Below the pieces are notes generated by a model, which saw only the letters and a program-made list of their open reading frames with translations, was not told the DNA's origin and ran no database searches. Shown here piece after piece: positions 60,185 through 64,000 of a DNA stretch of 64,000 bases. A program made the translations under genes and the position numbers. This stretch comes from Ranitomeya imitator. Taxonomy: Eukaryota. Within the stretch, counting starts at the first letter, position 1. Each line of letters starts with the position of its first letter. The DNA is taken from NCBI RefSeq assembly GCF_032444005.1, contig NC_091288.1, forward strand, positions 215,574,001 to 215,638,000, given 5' to 3'.

Positions 60185-60269
60185 CCACAGTGACACTCCC
60201 CCGACAGGCGGTGTCAGGGGCAAGAAGGACCAGGCCGAACAGTACAACACCCGATCATTTTGTTGTCAT
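60185..60269 (-). other. CD19: Putative CD19 leader (signal peptide) exon, frame-disrupted as assembled
   Basis: Reads MTTK*SGVVLFGLVLLAPDTACRGSVTV and ends at a phase-1 GT donor compatible with the Ig exon; in-frame TGA at 60257-60255. Confidence 0.5.
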
Positions 60270-60365
60270 GGAGGATTAGCCCCTGTCAGGGGATAGAGGA
60301 AAATGGAGGGGACAGAGGAGTCTGGAGGAGGACAGAGGAGGACAGATGAGTGTGGAGGAGGAAGA

Positions 60366-63300
60366 CAGAGGAGTCTGGAGGAGGAAGACAGGAGTCTGGA
60401 GGAGGAAGACAGGAGTCTGGAGGAGGAAGACAGGAGTCTGGAGGAGGAAGACAGGAGTCTGGAGGAGGAAGACAGGAGTCTGGAGGAGGAAGACAGGAGT
60501 CTGGAGGAGGAAGACAGGAGTCTGGAGGAGGAAGACAGGAGTCTGGAGGAGGAAGACAGGAGTCTGGAGGAGGAAGACAGGAGTCTGGAGGAGGAAGACA
60601 GGAGTCTGGAGGAGGAAGACAGGAGTCTGGAGGAGGAAGACAGGAGTCTGGAGGAGGAAGACAGGAGTCTGGAGGAGGAAGACAGGAGTCTGGAGGAGGA
60701 AGACAGGAGTCTGGAGGAGGAAGACAGGAGTCTGGAGGAGGAAGACAGGAGTCTGGAGGAGGAAGACAGGAGTCTGGAGGAGGAAGACAGGAGTCTGGAG
60801 GAGGAAGACAGGAGTCTGGAGGAGGAAGACAGGAGTCTGGAGGAGGAAGACAGGAGTCTGGAGGAGGAAGACAGGAGTCTGGAGGAGGAAGACAGGAGTC
60901 TGGAGGAGGAAGACAGGAGTCTGGAGGAGGAAGACAGGAGTCTGGAGGAGGAAGACAGGAGTCTGGAGGAGGAAGACAGGAGTCTGGAGGAGGAAGACAG
61001 GAGTCTGGAGGAGGAAGACAGGAGTCTGGAGGAGGAAGACAGGAGTCTGGAGGAGGAAGACAGGAGTCTGGAGGAGGAAGACAGGAGTCTGGAGGAGGAA
61101 GACAGGAGTCTGGAGGAGGAAGACAGGAGTCTGGAGGAGGAAGACAGGAGTCTGGAGGAGGAAGACAGGAGTCTGGAGGAGGAAGACAGGAGTCTGGAGG
61201 AGGAAGACAGGAGTCTGGAGGAGGAAGACAGGAGTCTGGAGGAGGAAGACAGGAGTCTGGAGGAGGAAGACAGGAGTCTGGAGGAGGAAGACAGGAGTCT
61301 GGAGGAGGAAGACAGGAGTCTGGAGGAGGAAGACAGGAGTCTGGAGGAGGAAGACAGGAGTCTGGAGGAGGAAGACAGGAGTCTGGAGGAGGAAGACAGG
61401 AGTCTGGAGGAGGAAGACAGGAGTCTGGAGGAGGAAGACAGGAGTCTGGAGGAGGAAGACAGGAGTCTGGAGGAGGAAGACAGGAGTCTGGAGGAGGAAG
61501 ACAGGAGTCTGGAGGAGGAAGACAGGAGTCTGGAGGAGGAAGACAGGAGTCTGGAGGAGGAAGACAGGAGTCTGGAGGAGGAAGACAGGAGTCTGGAGGA
61601 GGAAGACAGGAGTCTGGAGGAGGAAGACAGGAGTCTGGAGGAGGAAGACAGGAGTCTGGAGGAGGAAGACAGGAGTCTGGAGGAGGAAGACAGGAGTCTG
61701 GAGGAGGAAGACAGGAGTCTGGAGGAGGAAGACAGGAGTCTGGAGGAGGAAGACAGGAGTCTGGAGGAGGAAGACAGGAGTCTGGAGGAGGAAGACAGGA
61801 GTCTGGAGGAGGAAGACAGGAGTCTGGAGGAGGAAGACAGGAGTCTGGAGGAGGAAGACAGGAGTCTGGAGGAGGAAGACAGGAGTCTGGAGGAGGAAGA
61901 CAGGAGTCTGGAGGAGGAAGACAGGAGTCTGGAGGAGGAAGACAGGAGTCTGGAGGAGGAAGACAGGAGTCTGGAGGAGGAAGACAGGAGTCTGGAGGAG
62001 GAAGACAGGAGTCTGGAGGAGGAAGACAGGAGTCTGGAGGAGGAAGACAGGAGTCTGGAGGAGGAAGACAGGAGTCTGGAGGAGGAAGACAGGAGTCTGG
62101 AGGAGGAAGACAGGAGTCTGGAGGAGGAAGACAGGAGTCTGGAGGAGGAAGACAGGAGTCTGGAGGAGGAAGACAGGAGTCTGGAGGAGGAAGACAGGAG
62201 TCTGGAGGAGGAAGACAGGAGTCTGGAGGAGGAAGACAGGAGTCTGGAGGAGGAAGACAGGAGTCTGGAGGAGGAAGACAGGAGTCTGGAGGAGGAAGAC
62301 AGGAGTCTGGAGGAGGAAGACAGGAGTCTGGAGGAGGAAGACAGGAGTCTGGAGGAGGAAGACAGGAGTCTGGAGGAGGAAGACAGGAGTCTGGAGGAGG
62401 AAGACAGGAGTCTGGAGGAGGAAGACAGGAGTCTGGAGGAGGAAGACAGGAGTCTGGAGGAGGAAGACAGGAGTCTGGAGGAGGAAGACAGGAGTCTGGA
62501 GGAGGAAGACAGGAGTCTGGAGGAGGAAGACAGGAGTCTGGAGGAGGAAGACAGGAGTCTGGAGGAGGAAGACAGGAGTCTGGAGGAGGAAGACAGGAGT
62601 CTGGAGGAGGAAGACAGGAGTCTGGAGGAGGAAGACAGGAGTCTGGAGGAGGAAGACAGGAGTCTGGAGGAGGAAGACAGGAGTCTGGAGGAGGAAGACA
62701 GGAGTCTGGAGGAGGAAGACAGGAGTCTGGAGGAGGAAGACAGGAGTCTGGAGGAGGAAGACAGGAGTCTGGAGGAGGAAGACAGGAGTCTGGAGGAGGA
62801 AGACAGGAGTCTGGAGGAGGAAGACAGGAGTCTGGAGGAGGAAGACAGGAGTCTGGAGGAGGAAGACAGGAGTCTGGAGGAGGAAGACAGGAGTCTGGAG
62901 GAGGAAGACAGGAGTCTGGAGGAGGAAGACAGGAGTCTGGAGGAGGAAGACAGGAGTCTGGAGGAGGAAGACAGGAGTCTGGAGGAGGAAGACAGGAGTC
63001 TGGAGGAGGAAGACAGGAGTCTGGAGGAGGAAGACAGGAGTCTGGAGGAGGAAGACAGGAGTCTGGAGGAGGAAGACAGGAGTCTGGAGGAGGAAGACAG
63101 GAGTCTGGAGGAGGAAGACAGGAGTCTGGAGGAGGAAGACAGGAGTCTGGAGGAGGAAGACAGGAGTCTGGAGGAGGAAGACAGGAGTCTGGAGGAGGAA
63201 GACAGGAGTCTGGAGGAGGAAGACAGGAGTCTGGAGGAGGAAGACAGGAGTCTGGAGGAGGAAGACAGGAGTCTGGAGGAGGAAGACAGGAGTCTGGAGG

Positions 63301-64000
63301 AGGAAGACAGGAGTCTGGAGGAGGAAGACAGGAGTCTGGAGGAGGAAGACAGGAGTCTGGAGGAGGAAGACAGGAGTCTGGAGGAGGAAGACAGGAGTCT
63401 GGAGGAGGAAGACAGGAGTCTGGAGGAGGAAGACAGGAGTCTGGAGGAGGAAGACAGGAGTCTGGAGGAGGAAGACAGGAGTCTGGAGGAGGAAGACAGG
63501 AGTCTGGAGGAGGAAGACAGGAGTCTGGAGGAGGAAGACAGGAGTCTGGAGGAGGAAGACAGGAGTCTGGAGGAGGAAGACAGGAGTCTGGAGGAGGAAG
63601 ACAGGAGTCTGGAGGAGGAAGACAGGAGTCTGGAGGAGGAAGACAGGAGTCTGGAGGAGGAAGACAGGAGTCTGGAGGAGGAAGACAGGAGTCTGGAGGA
63701 GGAAGACAGGAGTCTGGAGGAGGAAGACAGGAGTCTGGAGGAGGAAGACAGGAGTCTGGAGGAGGAAGACAGGAGTCTGGAGGAAGACAGGAGTCTGGAG
63801 GAAGACAGGAGTCTGGAGGAAGACAGGAGTCTGGAGGAAGACAGGAGTCTGGAGGAAGACAGGAGTCTGGAGGAAGACAGGAGTCTGGAGGAAGACAGGA
63901 GTCTGGAGGAAGACAGGAGTCTGGAGGAAGACAGGAGTCTGGAGGAAGACAGGAGTCTGGAGGAAGACAGGAGTCTGGAGGAAGACAGGAGTCTGGAGGA
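60366..64000. repeat. Near-perfect 21 bp satellite (GGAGTCTGGAGGAGGAAGACA, ~160 copies) switching to an 18 bp unit at about 63772
   Basis: Period 21 measured at 60432 and 60453; no variant unit seen over about 3.4 kb; continues off the window edge. Confidence 0.97.

Overview
Vertebrate genomic DNA, most likely a frog (inferred from the repeat types and protein divergence). Five spliced genes can be rebuilt from GT-AG junctions with consistent phases: the 3' end of SH2B1 (+), a complete MTO1 (+), a complete PPP1CA (+), TCTN3 (-) with a shortened C-terminus, and a divergent CD19 orthologue (-). The CD19 call rests on its YEDM/YENM tail motifs and its linkage to SH2B1. Roughly 30 kb (about 47%) is tandem repeat: most long introns hold their own minisatellite, often starting at or derived from the 5' splice site, while many other introns are only about 70-200 bp. 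Mobile elements include an internally inverted Tc1/mariner, several Tc1 remnants, two near-identical CR1 copies, an L2 3' end, two PIF/Harbinger-type MITEs, and a 6.6 kb non-autonomous Helitron carrying a minisatellite with a nested CR1. There are no prokaryotic features and no CRISPR array. Gene names come from recalled protein homology, not from a database search.
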